A DNA stretch of 64,000 bases, from contig OY970173.1 of the NCBI GenBank assembly GCA_963707635.1, forward strand, positions 576,001-640,000, in the 5' to 3' direction. The notes beneath the pieces were generated by a model. It saw only the letters and a list, made by a program, of their open reading frames with translations. It had not been told where the DNA came from and searched no databases. Each line of letters opens with the position of its first letter. Within the stretch, counting starts at the first letter, position 1. Position numbers and translations under genes: made by a program. Source of the stretch: Candidatus Latescibacterota bacterium. Lineage in GTDB: Bacteria; Krumholzibacteriota; Krumholzibacteriia; WVZY01; JAKEHA01. Shown here piece by piece: positions 10,310 to 20,998 of the stretch.

Positions 10310-10924
10310 TTATCGAAGTCGAACAAAGCGCCGGACGGCCTCGTTGCCGCCGGAACGCAGACGAACCAGATAGATGCCGGACGCGACCGGCTCTCCGCTG
10401 GTGTCGCGAAGGTTCCAACGAATGGTGCGGGTGCCGGTCGGTCCATCGCCGCTCCACCCCATCACCAGCCGGCCACGGACGTCGTAGACCTCGAGCAGCG
10501 TCGACGCGCCGTCGGGCGCGTCGAGCTCAAACACGACGTCGCTCGTGGCAGGGTTCGGCCAGGGCTGGTTCAGAAACAGCGGAGGGCGCGCGGTGACATC
10601 GACGCTGGTGGCGTCGTCCACCACGATGCCGCGAACCACAGCGGCGAGATAATCGTCGACCCGGACCTGAAGGGTGTAGGTGCCGTTGGGCACATTCTCA
10701 ATGCAGTAGTGGCCGGCGAGATCGGTACCCGCGTAGCGGCCGGTGTATTGATCGAGGTTGTCGAAGAGAAAAACGGCCGCGTGGGGAACCGGCTGGAGGG
10801 ACTGGCTGTCGCGGACGGTCCCGCAGATGGCGCCGGCGAGGCACACGGCGGGCGCAAATACGACTAGTAGGAGAGCAAACACGCCCGCGGGGGCGATCGT
10901 CGCGTGCGGCACGCGTCGATTCAT
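10310..10924 (-). CDS. Secreted protein with carboxypeptidase-regulatory-like domain and FlgD-Ig/T9SS-like C-terminal domain
   Basis: Signal peptide; QPWPNP...VYDVRGRLV...ASGIYLVRL. Confidence 0.8.
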   Translation of the reverse strand: MNRRVPHATIAPAGVFALLLVVFAPAVCLAGAICGTVRDSQSLQPVPHAAVFLFDNLDQYTGRYAGTDLAGHYCIENVPNGTYTLQVRVDDYLAAVVRGIVVDDATSVDVTARPPLFLNQPWPNPATSDVVFELDAPDGASTLLEVYDVRGRLVMGWSGDGPTGTRTIRWNLRDTSGEPVASGIYLVRLRSGGNEAVRRFVRLR

Positions 10925-11085
10925 GGCGTGAACCTCAGTCCCTAGGAGTGCACTGCCAGGTAAATAGCTTACCAGAGCAAGGATTGGGTTGCCAGCGGAA
11001 CTTGCTTGCGGGGGTCTGTCGGCCAACAGCCCACGGCGGGCTCGCATTCGCGCTGCGCACTCGGTGGCTCGCCCTGTGGGCGCTG

Positions 11086-13059
11086 TTAACCGCACGCTCG
11101 CGGCATCTCGCGGAGGCGGTCGTCGAAGGTCTTCGCCTCGCGCTCGTAGCGGGTGGACGCCTTCTCCAGCTCGACGTAGGCCGCGTCGATGCGGGGGCCG
11201 AGCTCCTGCGACTTCTTCGACAGTTCGGCGATGGTGGCGGCGTCGCCGCGCCCGGACGCGTCCGCCAGCGCGGTGAACGTGTTCTCGCGATCGCGCTCGA
11301 GCGACACGATCCGGGCTTCGATCTCGGCAACTTTGCGCTCCAGCGGTCCGACCACGCGCGAGCGCTCCTGGACGAGCTTCGCACGCGCCTGTCGTTGGGC
11401 CTTGCGGTCCGCGCCTGCATGTACGGCGCCTGCCGACTTACCGGGCGCGGGTGGCGCCGAGCCGGGGGTCCCCCGCCGGCCACGCGCCGGCGGGGGTGGA
11501 TCGGCGACAGGACCCGCGACGACTGCGTCAGGCGCGCCGATACCGCCACGCGCGCCCGACTTCGACAGATCCTCGTCGCCTTCCCAGCCCACCGTGTCCA
11601 GGAAGTCCTGATAACTCCCGTCGAAGACGCGCGCGCGACCGCGGTCGAACACGACGAAGCGCGTCGCCAGCGAGTGGAGGAACATCTCGTTGTGGGTCAC
11701 GATCACCGCCGCGCCTTCGAACGCGTCGATGGCGGCGAGCAGCGAGTCGCACGAGTCCATATCGAGGTGGTTGGTCGGCTCGTCGAGCAGGAGCAAGTTC
11801 GCGGGGGTCACGATCAGTTTTCCGAGCATCACGCGTGATTTTTCACCGCCGGACAAAACCGATATGCGTTTTAGCGCCGCATCGTCCTCGAACATCATGA
11901 TACCGGCGATGTCGCGCGCCGTCTGCGGGAGGCACGAGCGGTCGGCGGACTGAATCTCGTCGACCACGGTATTGCGGGCGTGCAGCGTGCTGACGTTGGT
12001 CTGCGCGAAGTAACCGGGAACGGTGCGCGGGTGGTTGGTGATCTTGCCTCGGCGGGGCGGCAATTCCCCGGCGAGCACGCGCAGTAACGTCGACTTGCCC
12101 TTGCCGTTGGGACCGATCACGCAGATGCGGTCGTGGTCGTGCACCTCGATGGAAAGGTCGGAGAATAGCAACGGTCCGTCGCCGTAACCGAACGAAACCG
12201 CGTCCACACGCATCATCACCTTGGCCGGAAACGGCGCGCTCTTGAACGAGAAGTCGAGAGTCTGGATGCGCTCGAGCTTGTCGAGCTGCTCGTGCTTCTC
12301 GAGGTACTTCATGCGCGACTGCACGCGCGAGGCCAGCGTGTTCTTGGCGCGAAAGCGCTCGATGAAGCGTTCGATCTCGCGACGCTTGCGCTCGTCGTTT
12401 ATGCGCGTCTTTTCGTAGACTTCCTCCTCCTGGATGATCTGCTCGTAGATCTTGGACGTGTTGCCGGTGATCTTCTTCGCCCTGCGGCGATGGATCGCCA
12501 CCGTGTGCGTCACCACCCGGTCCATGAACGAGCGGTCGTGGGTGATGAGCATGAGCTCCGCCTTCCATTCGTTCAGGAAGCGCTCGAGCCAGCGGATCGA
12601 GACGACGTCGAGGTAGTTGGTCGGCTCATCCAGGAGCAGCAGGTCGGGTTCCGAGACCAGCACCTTCGCGAGGTTCAAGCGCACCTGAAAGCCGCCGGAG
12701 AAAAGTTCCGGCGCGCGATCCATGTCGTCTTTGGTGAACCCCAGGCCGGAGAGAATCTGCTCCGCGCGCCAGCGCTCGTCGCGGTGCTCTTCCGGCAGAC
12801 CCAGCACGGCCTCGTCCAGCACGGTCGCTTCCGTGAAGTGCAGCTGCTGGTCGAGATGCCCGATGCGGTAGCGCTTCGGAATCAGAATGTCGCCGCCGTC
12901 CGCGGGCACTTCGCCAAGAATCATGCGGAACACGGTGGTCTTGCCGTGGCCGTTGCGGCCGACCAGGCCCACGCGCTCGCGACGGTTCACGGTGAACGTG
13001 AGATCGTCGAAGAGCGGCTGCGCGCCGAACGTCTTGGACACTCGGTTGAACTGGATCAT
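11086..13059 (-). CDS. ABC-F family ATP-binding protein
   Basis: Two Walker A motifs (GRNGHGKT, GPNGKGKS); FSGG/LSGG signatures; LLDEPTN twice; C-terminal coiled coil; start MIQFNRV. Confidence 0.93.
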   Translation of the reverse strand: MIQFNRVSKTFGAQPLFDDLTFTVNRRERVGLVGRNGHGKTTVFRMILGEVPADGGDILIPKRYRIGHLDQQLHFTEATVLDEAVLGLPEEHRDERWRAEQILSGLGFTKDDMDRAPELFSGGFQVRLNLAKVLVSEPDLLLLDEPTNYLDVVSIRWLERFLNEWKAELMLITHDRSFMDRVVTHTVAIHRRRAKKITGNTSKIYEQIIQEEEVYEKTRINDERKRREIERFIERFRAKNTLASRVQSRMKYLEKHEQLDKLERIQTLDFSFKSAPFPAKVMMRVDAVSFGYGDGPLLFSDLSIEVHDHDRICVIGPNGKGKSTLLRVLAGELPPRRGKITNHPRTVPGYFAQTNVSTLHARNTVVDEIQSADRSCLPQTARDIAGIMMFEDDAALKRISVLSGGEKSRVMLGKLIVTPANLLLLDEPTNHLDMDSCDSLLAAIDAFEGAAVIVTHNEMFLHSLATRFVVFDRGRARVFDGSYQDFLDTVGWEGDEDLSKSGARGGIGAPDAVVAGPVADPPPPARGRRGTPGSAPPAPGKSAGAVHAGADRKAQRQARAKLVQERSRVVGPLERKVAEIEARIVSLERDRENTFTALADASGRGDAATIAELSKKSQELGPRIDAAYVELEKASTRYEREAKTFDDRLREMPRACG

Positions 13060-14636
13060 GGCCCTCGCAGCAGGAAAAGACCGGTGTCGCGCGCCTGCGC
13101 CGCCGATACAATCTGATAGCCGCTCATCACGAGCGCCGAGAGCAGCTCGGTGTCGTCGCCCGGCTGAAGGTGACCGAAGACGAGCCAGAACTCGTGAGGC
13201 TGGCCCTCGAGCGTGCGGAAGACGCTCGGGACCTGCTGCTGCTGGTTGAGGCCGCGCAGCCAGCGCCCGAAGTGGACACCGTCCGCGTGGCAGTACGAGG
13301 GCGAGCCATCGTGCCAGCACGTGAGGTGCCAGGTGGGCGGCCGGTCCGCGAGTGCGGGTACGGCGCGCGACACGTAGTAGGCGAACGCGGGTGCGGCGCC
13401 ATAGTAGACGTAGGTCGGCTGCTGCGGCGTGCGGTGCGCGAGCCAGGTCTCGGCTATCGCGCCCACGTCCTCGGTTTCAGGCCACGCCCACGGGTGGCGG
13501 TCGAAAAAGCGATCGCGCACGCTCCGCGCCGGCAGGGAAACGATGCTCGCGATCAGGATCGCCGCGAATACCACCGGCCTCGCACGATCCAGGCGACCGG
13601 CGCGCCCTCCGCCCGCGAGTCCGGCGGCGAGGAGTGCCACGAGCATTGGACTCGTGATCAGGCCCCAGCGGAATCCATAGGGGAAGATGCCCGCGCGGTC
13701 GGTGGCGATGGTGACGAGCCATGTGGCGGCGAACCACACGGCGAGGCGCCGTTGCGACCGCATCCCCCATGCGAGCATGACGAGTACCAGCGGCGTCGAT
13801 ACCCACGCGGGAACGGGAGAGTACGGCCACCCGGTGAACGGGAAGGAGAACGGCTGCTGAATCCACCCCACCAGTGCGAGAAGTCCCGACGGCGCGCTGG
13901 ATGCGCCGGGCTGTCCGGTCGCGGTCACGCGCGCCAGTTGAGCGGAGACAAAGTAGAGCAGCGGGAGCATACCGAGCGCGTACACGCAAAGCGCGATCCA
14001 CGCGCCCCGCGTTCGAACGGTCCGTTTCCACGCGCCTTCGACCAAAACGCACGCGAACGGGACCATCACGGCCAGCGCCGCGCCGTAGTAGGCGTGGGAG
14101 GCCACGAGCGCCGCGACCACCCAGGCCGCCCATGAGCTCCGGTCGGGTCGCTCCACCGCGCGCGCCAGCGCGAACAGACTCCAGTACAACGCCGCGACCA
14201 TCAACGCGTACTGGCCGACCTCCTGCGCGTATCGAATGTCGGCGGTCCCGAAGGCCACCAGCAGCCCGGCGGCGACCCCGACCCGGAGGCCGCCCAATCG
14301 GCGTCCGAGCGCGAACGTCCCGGCCACGCCGGCCAGGCTGAAAAGAACGGAGAGCCCGCGCAGCCACGCCTCGCTGCGCCCGGCCTGCATCCATGCGTGC
14401 AGCAGAAACGAATACAGTGGCGGGTCGCCCGATCCGTCGCGAACGGCGGCCGCGAGCTGCGAGAACGGCGCCGTGGCCACCCAGTACTCGCCCGCTTCGT
14501 CGAACCACAGCCAGCGCGCGTCGAGATCCCACAGGCGAAGGAGCAGGGCGAGAAGCAGAACGACCGCGATGGTCCACTGCGGAGCGACCCACCCGCGCGC
14601 CGGGCGTCGCTTCGAACCCACGGTCGCGTCAGTCAC
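13056..14636 (-). CDS. GT-C membrane glycosyltransferase (GT39/ArnT-like)
   Basis: LWFDE motif after the first TM helix; PPLY; multiple TM helices. Confidence 0.85.
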   Translation of the reverse strand: MTDATVGSKRRPARGWVAPQWTIAVVLLLALLLRLWDLDARWLWFDEAGEYWVATAPFSQLAAAVRDGSGDPPLYSFLLHAWMQAGRSEAWLRGLSVLFSLAGVAGTFALGRRLGGLRVGVAAGLLVAFGTADIRYAQEVGQYALMVAALYWSLFALARAVERPDRSSWAAWVVAALVASHAYYGAALAVMVPFACVLVEGAWKRTVRTRGAWIALCVYALGMLPLLYFVSAQLARVTATGQPGASSAPSGLLALVGWIQQPFSFPFTGWPYSPVPAWVSTPLVLVMLAWGMRSQRRLAVWFAATWLVTIATDRAGIFPYGFRWGLITSPMLVALLAAGLAGGGRAGRLDRARPVVFAAILIASIVSLPARSVRDRFFDRHPWAWPETEDVGAIAETWLAHRTPQQPTYVYYGAAPAFAYYVSRAVPALADRPPTWHLTCWHDGSPSYCHADGVHFGRWLRGLNQQQQVPSVFRTLEGQPHEFWLVFGHLQPGDDTELLSALVMSGYQIVSAAQARDTGLFLLRGP

Positions 14637-15420
14637 GCTGGGCCTGCACCCGGCGCACGACCGCGGTCACCGCACGCCGCGGCACCAGTCGAAGCAGGAA
14701 CACGTTGGCCTTGTTGAGCGCGCCCGGGACCACCACCGGAACGCCCTTCAGCATGCCGCGGTAACCCGCGCGCACGACGTCTTCGGGACTCACGCGCATC
14801 ATCAGCCGCAGCCCGCGCACGCGGCCCACGTTCGCCCGCTCCTGGAAACCGGTCAGCGTGGGGCCCGGGCACAGCGCGGTCATCGTGACCCCGGTGCCCT
14901 TGAGCTCGTTGGCGATCGCCTCCGAAAACGAGAGCACGAACGCCTTGGTTGCGTAGTAGACCGGCTGCAGCGGTCCCGGCTGGAACCCGGCCGTCGACGC
15001 GACATTGACGATGCGCCCGCGCCGTCGCGCCACCATGTCGCGCAGGAACAATTTGGTGAGATGCACCAGCGCGGTCACGTTCACCTGGATCATGTTGATC
15101 TCGGTGTCGAGGTCGCTCTGGCTGAACATGCCGTAATGGCCGAAGCCGGCGTTGTTGATCAACACGTCGACTTCGATTCCGGCGGCACGCATCTGCTCGT
15201 GGATGGCAACAGGGGAGCGCGGGTCGCCCAGATCGGCGACGATCACGTGCACGCGAGCTCCGTGCAGACCCTCGATCTCTCTCTGAATAGAGGATAACCG
15301 GGCGCTGTCTCGCGCCGTGAGCACCAGGTCGTAACCCTCGGAGGCAAGCAGGCGCGCGAACTCGGCGCCGAGTCCCATCGACGCGCCTGTGACCAGTGCA
15401 ACGGGGCGCGCAGGCGCCAT
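14629..15420 (-). CDS. SDR family oxidoreductase
   Basis: TGASMGLG, NNAG and YYATK motifs. Confidence 0.92.
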   Translation of the reverse strand: MAPARPVALVTGASMGLGAEFARLLASEGYDLVLTARDSARLSSIQREIEGLHGARVHVIVADLGDPRSPVAIHEQMRAAGIEVDVLINNAGFGHYGMFSQSDLDTEINMIQVNVTALVHLTKLFLRDMVARRRGRIVNVASTAGFQPGPLQPVYYATKAFVLSFSEAIANELKGTGVTMTALCPGPTLTGFQERANVGRVRGLRLMMRVSPEDVVRAGYRGMLKGVPVVVPGALNKANVFLLRLVPRRAVTAVVRRVQAQRD

Positions 15421-16575
15421 CTAGCCCTCGAGCGCCTGCTGCAGGTCGTCGATCAGGTCCTCGCTGGCCTCGACGCCGACCGACATGCGCACGAGCCCGT
15501 CGGTGATGCCAATGCGCCGGCGCTGTTCGTCGCTCAAGCCGCGGTGCGACGTGCGGGCCGGGCGCGTGAGCAGCGTATCGGTTCCGCCCAGGCTGACCGC
15601 GATCACCGGCAGCGTCACCCGGTCGAACAGGCGTTCGGCCGCCTCGGCTCCGCCTTTGAGCTCGAAGCTCAACATCCCGCCGAAGCCGTCGAAGAACTCC
15701 GCCGCGCGCTCGTGATGCGGATTCGCCACCAGGCCCGGGTAGTTCACGTTCGCCACCGCCGGGTGCTCCTCGAGAAAGCGCGCGATCGCGAGCGCGCCCA
15801 CGTTCTGGTGCCGTACGCGCAGGGCGAGCGTCTTCAAGCCGCGGTGAAAGAGGAAGCACGCGTGCGGGTCGAGGGTTCCGCCCAGGTGATTCAGTCGCAG
15901 GCGCACTTGTTCGACCAGGTCCGCGCGGCCGATCACGGCACCGGCGACGATGTCGTTGTGGCCGTTCAGATACTTGGTGGCGCTGTGCAGCGAGAGGTCG
16001 AATCCCCACTCGGCTGGCCGGAAATTGATTGGGCTGGCGAAGGTGTTGTCGATCATCGACACCAGGCCGTGCTCGCGCGCGAAACGGGTCGCGGCGGCGA
16101 GGTCGCTCACACTCATGAGCGGGTTGGCGATCGCCTCGACGTAGATCGCGCGCGTGTTGGCGCGGAGCTTCGCCTTCCACGACGCGGGGTCGGTGCCGTC
16201 GATCACGTCGTGCTCGATGCCGAACGACTCGAAGTCGTGCGTGATCAGGCCGTGGGTGCCGCCGTAGGTGCAGTCCTGCACCAGCAGGTGGTCGCCGGTC
16301 CGCAACACGGTGAGCAGCGCGGTCGAGATCGCGGCCATGCCGCTGGCGGTCACGAGGGCGGCCTCCGCGTTCTCGATTGCAGCCAGCTTCTCGTGCAGGG
16401 CGAGGTGGTTGGGCGTGTTGTTGACGCGTATGTAGCGAATGTCGTGGTAGCCGCCTTCCTCGCCGCGCGTTTCGAACATGGCGGTCTGGAAGATCGGCAT
16501 GACGACGGCGCCGGCGTGGCGCGGCTCGCCGGCGTGCACGGCGCGGGTATCGATATGATGACGGGTATGGTCCAT
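15421..16575 (-). CDS. PLP-dependent trans-sulfuration enzyme (cystathionine gamma-synthase/lyase family)
   Basis: SGMAAI, DNTFASP, HSATKYLNGH and RMSVGVE motifs. Confidence 0.92.
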   Translation of the reverse strand: MDHTRHHIDTRAVHAGEPRHAGAVVMPIFQTAMFETRGEEGGYHDIRYIRVNNTPNHLALHEKLAAIENAEAALVTASGMAAISTALLTVLRTGDHLLVQDCTYGGTHGLITHDFESFGIEHDVIDGTDPASWKAKLRANTRAIYVEAIANPLMSVSDLAAATRFAREHGLVSMIDNTFASPINFRPAEWGFDLSLHSATKYLNGHNDIVAGAVIGRADLVEQVRLRLNHLGGTLDPHACFLFHRGLKTLALRVRHQNVGALAIARFLEEHPAVANVNYPGLVANPHHERAAEFFDGFGGMLSFELKGGAEAAERLFDRVTLPVIAVSLGGTDTLLTRPARTSHRGLSDEQRRRIGITDGLVRMSVGVEASEDLIDDLQQALEG

Positions 16576-16659
16576 GGCAGTGCCTCGGTGTGGAGAGGGT
16601 GGTTCGAAAGATATACAATACGGCCTGGGCGCTTGATTTACAAGCCGCGCCCGCGCGCC

Positions 16660-18087
16660 ATGGGAACACCCGAAAATCCACGTCTGTCGATCACGCCGCG
16701 CACGTATCGAGGGGTCGGCGCGGAGACGATTCGCTTCACGGTGCCGATGCACCGGTCGGGCGGTCCGGGCGGCGTTGAACTGACGCTCGAGTGCGTGCGC
16801 CTGCCGGCCGCGACCAACCAACCGGGCGACCCGATCGTTTTTCTTACCGGTGGCCCGGGCATCTCCGCGATCCGACAGGGGGAGGGTCGGCTGTTCTCAC
16901 TGTTCGACTCCCTGCGCAGTCTCGGTGACGTGCTCCTGCTCGACCAACGCGGGTGCGGGCGTTCGGCACCGCCGGGATTCGTCGTCGATCGCCTGGAACT
17001 TCCGCTCGATCGCGCGCTCACGCGCGACGAGGCACTGAACGCCGTGATCGAAAAGACGCGGAGCGCCGCGATCCAGCTCCGCGCGCGGGGCATCGACCTT
17101 TCCGCCTTCAATACCAATGAGAGCGCCGACGACGTGGCCGAGTTGGTTCAGGCGCTGTACGGCGAGACCCGCAGCAAGGGAAGCAACCAAGCACAGGCGG
17201 CTCTGCTAGGATGGAGCTACGGCACGCACCTGGCGATGACGATCATGCGCCGCCACCCGGCGCTCGTCGCACGCGCCGTGCTCGCCGGTCCCGAAGGTCC
17301 CGATCACACCTACAAGCACCCCTCGCGCATCCAGCGCCAGCTCGAGGAGGTTGCGCGCATGGTTCGCGACGACGCGGTGCTCGGCCCGCTCGTTCCCGAC
17401 CTGGTAGCGACACTGCAGCGCGTATTCGAGCGCGTCGAGAAAGAGCCGGTTCGCGTCCGCGTTGCGGGTGCGCGTGCCGAGCCGATCGAGATGGAGGTCG
17501 GCCGCTTTGATCTCGAGTGGATGGTGGCCGAGGGAATCGCAGACTCGCGTGTGCTGCAACGAATCCCGCTTCTGTTCGCGCGCATGGAGCGCGGCGACTT
17601 TTCGATGCTCGGCTCCGACGATGTCACGGCCGGCTACCTGCGCGAGCTGCGGTTCGGCCTGGTCGAATCGATCGTGCGCCCGTGCATGGACTGCGCGTCG
17701 GGTGCTACCGTCGCGCGCCGGGAGCGCATCGAGCGCGAGGCCCCGCAGACGCTGCTCGGCCGCACGACCGATTTTCCGTTTCCCGAGGTTTGCGAGGCGG
17801 TGGGATCGCCCGACCTGGGCGACGATTTCCGCGCGCCACGGCGTTCCGACGTGCCGGTATTGTTCGTTACCGGGACACTCGATTGCCGTACGCCGGCGGA
17901 GAACATCGCAGATCTCGCGGGCTTCTATCCGAACCACCTCCACCTCGTCATCGAAGGCGCAGGTCACGGCGATCTCCTTACGCCGAGCGCCGTCCAACGC
18001 GCCATCGAGCGCTTCCTGCGTGAAGGGACGATCGACGCGGAGCGTGTGACGACGGATGCTCCGTTTGCATTCGAGCGACCGACCTGA
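16660..18087 (+). CDS. Alpha/beta hydrolase (tripeptidyl-peptidase/TAP-like)
   Basis: GGPG oxyanion motif, DQRG, GWSYG nucleophile elbow, D..TP and GH. Confidence 0.88.
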   Translation: MGTPENPRLSITPRTYRGVGAETIRFTVPMHRSGGPGGVELTLECVRLPAATNQPGDPIVFLTGGPGISAIRQGEGRLFSLFDSLRSLGDVLLLDQRGCGRSAPPGFVVDRLELPLDRALTRDEALNAVIEKTRSAAIQLRARGIDLSAFNTNESADDVAELVQALYGETRSKGSNQAQAALLGWSYGTHLAMTIMRRHPALVARAVLAGPEGPDHTYKHPSRIQRQLEEVARMVRDDAVLGPLVPDLVATLQRVFERVEKEPVRVRVAGARAEPIEMEVGRFDLEWMVAEGIADSRVLQRIPLLFARMERGDFSMLGSDDVTAGYLRELRFGLVESIVRPCMDCASGATVARRERIEREAPQTLLGRTTDFPFPEVCEAVGSPDLGDDFRAPRRSDVPVLFVTGTLDCRTPAENIADLAGFYPNHLHLVIEGAGHGDLLTPSAVQRAIERFLREGTIDAERVTTDAPFAFERPT

Positions 18088-18131
18088 CGATCGACCGCCA
18101 TCGGGAGTTCCATGTAACTTTCCCGCCTCTG

Positions 18132-18174
18132 TGTAAGCGCGCTAACACATCTTTGTCCAGCAACCGTACATACT
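18132..18174 (+). promoter_or_regulatory. CRP/FNR-type site TGTAA-N6-TAACA with -10 CATACT (class II geometry)
   Basis: Palindrome 18132-18147, centred 41.5 bp upstream of the +1 implied by CATACT at 18169-18174. Confidence 0.6.
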
Positions 18175-18290
18175 GACGTACGCCCTGCATTTCGAGGGGT
18201 TCCCCCCCCCCCGCCACTCGCAATTCGCTTTCGCCCCCCAGGCTCTAGTTACGCCCCTGTTTGCTCGTACCTGAACCCCGGGAGGGCGCG

Positions 18291-19792
18291 ATGCGCAACC
18301 CCTATGGCCGGAGACTGCTCTGGCTACTTACACCCCTGTTCCTGGCTCTCACGGCCAACGTGCCACACGCGGCGACGTTCTATGTCGCTCCCGGCGGCAA
18401 TGACGCCAGCGCAGGGACGTCGGCGCAACCGTGGCGGACGCTGCAGAAAGCAGCCAACACGGCGCGGGCCGGTGACCTCGTGCTCGTCGCGAACGGCACC
18501 TACGCCGGAATGCAGGTTACCGCGGACGGAACCGCGGCCGCTCCGATCACGTTTCGCGCCAACGGCGGCAACGTGCTGGTCAACTCGCAAAACGCCTCGA
18601 CACCCGACAATATCAACATCGAAGGCGGAAACTACGTAACGGTGGAAGGTTTCATCGTCGAGGACGCGCCCCGCATTGGCATTCGTGCCGTGACAGCGAC
18701 GGGAATCAAGATTCTCAACAACATTGTCAGGCGCAGCGGGCTCACGGGCATCCTGACCGGGTACACGCCATCGATCGAGATCTCGGGCAATTCGGCGTCG
18801 GGCGCCCTGGATGAACACGGCATCTATGTGAGCAACAGCACCGCGCCGCCGACAACCCGATCGTACGCGGCAACGAGTGCTTCGATAACAACAAGAACGG
18901 AATTCAGCTCAACGGCGATTGCGACGTTGGCGGCGACGGCATCATATCCGGCGCGTTGCTCGAGAACAATGTCGTACACCACAACAACTGGAAAGGGTTC
19001 AGCCTGATCTCCATACAGAACTCGACGATACGGAACAATCTGATCTACGAGAACGGGTTGCTGGCCGGCGCCGGCGGTATCCATCTGGCGGATCAACCGG
19101 GGTGTGGCAAGCCGAGCAACAACAATATCGTGGTCAACAACACCATCCACGAACCGCGGATCACCGGCATTCGCATGTCAAACGGCTCCACGGCAAACAC
19201 GATCTTCAACAACCTGGTGGTTGCCGGCAGCGTCTCGAAGACGATCGTCGACGAGAGCAGCGGGAACTTCATCGACGCCGCATCGAACCTGAAGCTGGCG
19301 TCGCTGGTGGGCCTGTTCGTTTCGCCCGCCTCCGAGGACTATCATTTGCTACCGGCCAGCCCCGCCCTCAATCAGGCTTTAATGACGTACCGGGGCACGG
19401 GCGCGCCCGGGGCCGACATCGACGGGACGCATCGCCCGCAAGGTCCGCTGCCCGACATCGGCGCATATGAGCAAGCCGTCGCGACCGGCATCGACGACGC
19501 TCCCGCTCTGGACGTGGTGCTCGAGCAGAACGTGCCGAATCCGTTCAACCCGTCGACGCGGATCGCCTACGTCGTGCAATCTCCGACCGACGTGCGGGTT
19601 AACCTGGATGTGTTCGACGTGAGCGGACGGCGCGTACGCCAGCTCGTGCACGAGCGTCCGTCGACGGGGCAGGTGGTCGTGGCCTGGGACGGCCGCGACG
19701 ACGACGGGCGGGACGTCGCGTCGGGAGTGTACTTCTATCGCCTGGTGGCCGGGACGACCACGATCACCCGACGGATGACGTTGCTCAAGTGA
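18291..19792 (+). CDS. Right-handed beta-helix secreted protein with FlgD-Ig C-terminal domain, copy 1 (1-nt frameshift near 18843)
   Basis: Closely parallels 35827..37329; one A missing relative to copy 2 (AGCACC-GCGCC versus AGCACGAGCGCC). Confidence 0.85.
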
Positions 19793-19816
19793 TCGAACCG
19801 GGGAGCCTGGAGCTCA

Positions 19817-19879
19817 CGGGAGATACGACGCCGTGGTGGCTCACTATGAATGCAGGTGCAACCGGCGTCGTACCTCCCG
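19817..19879. repeat. Long-loop hairpin downstream of beta-helix gene, copy 1
   Basis: CGGGAGATACGACGCCG / CGGCGTCGTACCTCCCG. Confidence 0.6.
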
Positions 19880-19911
19880 TATACCGCCTACTACCATTTT
19901 CAGTGCGAGAA

Positions 19912-20994
19912 CTACTTCACAATGCGCAAGCATTCCCACCCGGAATGGAGCCGTTCATTCTTCATGCGTCCAAACCGGGGTGCGCGGTACCGCACCGTGA
20001 GCCCTTTGTTCATTCCGGGCAGGGCGTACTGTGAAACACCGGCGCAATCGCAATGCTCGATGGACACCGGTGATACTCCACTCGCAACGGTTAAGGCACG
20101 ATCGTAGTCGTCAGCAACCGAATCGACGAACCCACGCACGTCATTCGCGTCGTAGACGACGACGCTGACGGCAGTCTGTACCTCGCCTGCGAGCTGTTCG
20201 AACGCATTGCGTGCGAACCGGTCCGCGAATGCGGCCAACGCGTGGTCGTCTACTCCGAAATCGAGGCGCGCCAACGGATCGAGATCGAAATAGGATCGGT
20301 GCAGGTTATCGGGCGACGCGATGATGTAGTGCGCGTAGGGCGCGAGAGCGCCGATGGTGTGGGGTGTGCCGCCGAAACAAGTGGCCAGCACGAGCAGATC
20401 GATCCTTCCGGCACCGCTGGCAAAGTCCCTGACGCCATCGGCTAAATCCTGGATGGTGACGCGGCGCTTCGAGTACGACGCGTCGTATCCCGCGCGGTCG
20501 AATTCGGGGAGCTCGTGGCCAAAGTAGAGGAACATGCGCACCGGCGGACGGGGGTAAAGCCCGAAAAATCGGTCGTGAATTCGCACCTCCGGGTCGAAGC
20601 GCGACTCGCCCTCGTCACGCCAGTACGCCTCCCGGGCCAGGAGACGCGCGTTCCGATAGTAATAGAGGCGGCCGTCGTGGCGCGGAATGAGAAACAGCAC
20701 GTGGCGCCGCTCGATCTCGTGAAAAATGAACACTTCCGCGTTCGGATTCCGTTCCGCAATGGCTTGCGCTTTCGCGAGGGCTTCCTCGTCCGCGTTGCGC
20801 GCGTTGCCGAGCGCGTCGTGGTAGCGGTAGTCACCATCGCCATGGATGATGAAGACGAGGGAGTACCGGAGCGGGTTCGCGGGGGGCCCGCTTTCAGGAG
20901 CCGGCGGTATCGTGGCGCACGACGCCAGCAGGAGCGCGAGCGCCACGCACCTTGCATGCCCAGGGTCGGCCGAGAGTGTGTGCGTGGCGCCCAC
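19912..20994 (-). CDS. Hypothetical lipoprotein, possibly clostripain/caspase-fold (clan CD) peptidase-like
   Basis: LLASC lipobox; FLYFGHE and DLLVLATCFGG...YIIASP resemble the C11 His/Cys strands. Confidence 0.6.
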   Translation of the reverse strand: MGATHTLSADPGHARCVALALLLASCATIPPAPESGPPANPLRYSLVFIIHGDGDYRYHDALGNARNADEEALAKAQAIAERNPNAEVFIFHEIERRHVLFLIPRHDGRLYYYRNARLLAREAYWRDEGESRFDPEVRIHDRFFGLYPRPPVRMFLYFGHELPEFDRAGYDASYSKRRVTIQDLADGVRDFASGAGRIDLLVLATCFGGTPHTIGALAPYAHYIIASPDNLHRSYFDLDPLARLDFGVDDHALAAFADRFARNAFEQLAGEVQTAVSVVVYDANDVRGFVDSVADDYDRALTVASGVSPVSIEHCDCAGVSQYALPGMNKGLTVRYRAPRFGRMKNERLHSGWECLRIVK

Positions 20995-20998
20995 GATC

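Noticed and set aside
18195..18216. GGGGTT-C11-GCCA, and TGGCGGAG near 39347, as tRNA-end att sites bounding the island
   Set aside because: No cloverleaf, only a few matching bases, opposite orientations and no integrase
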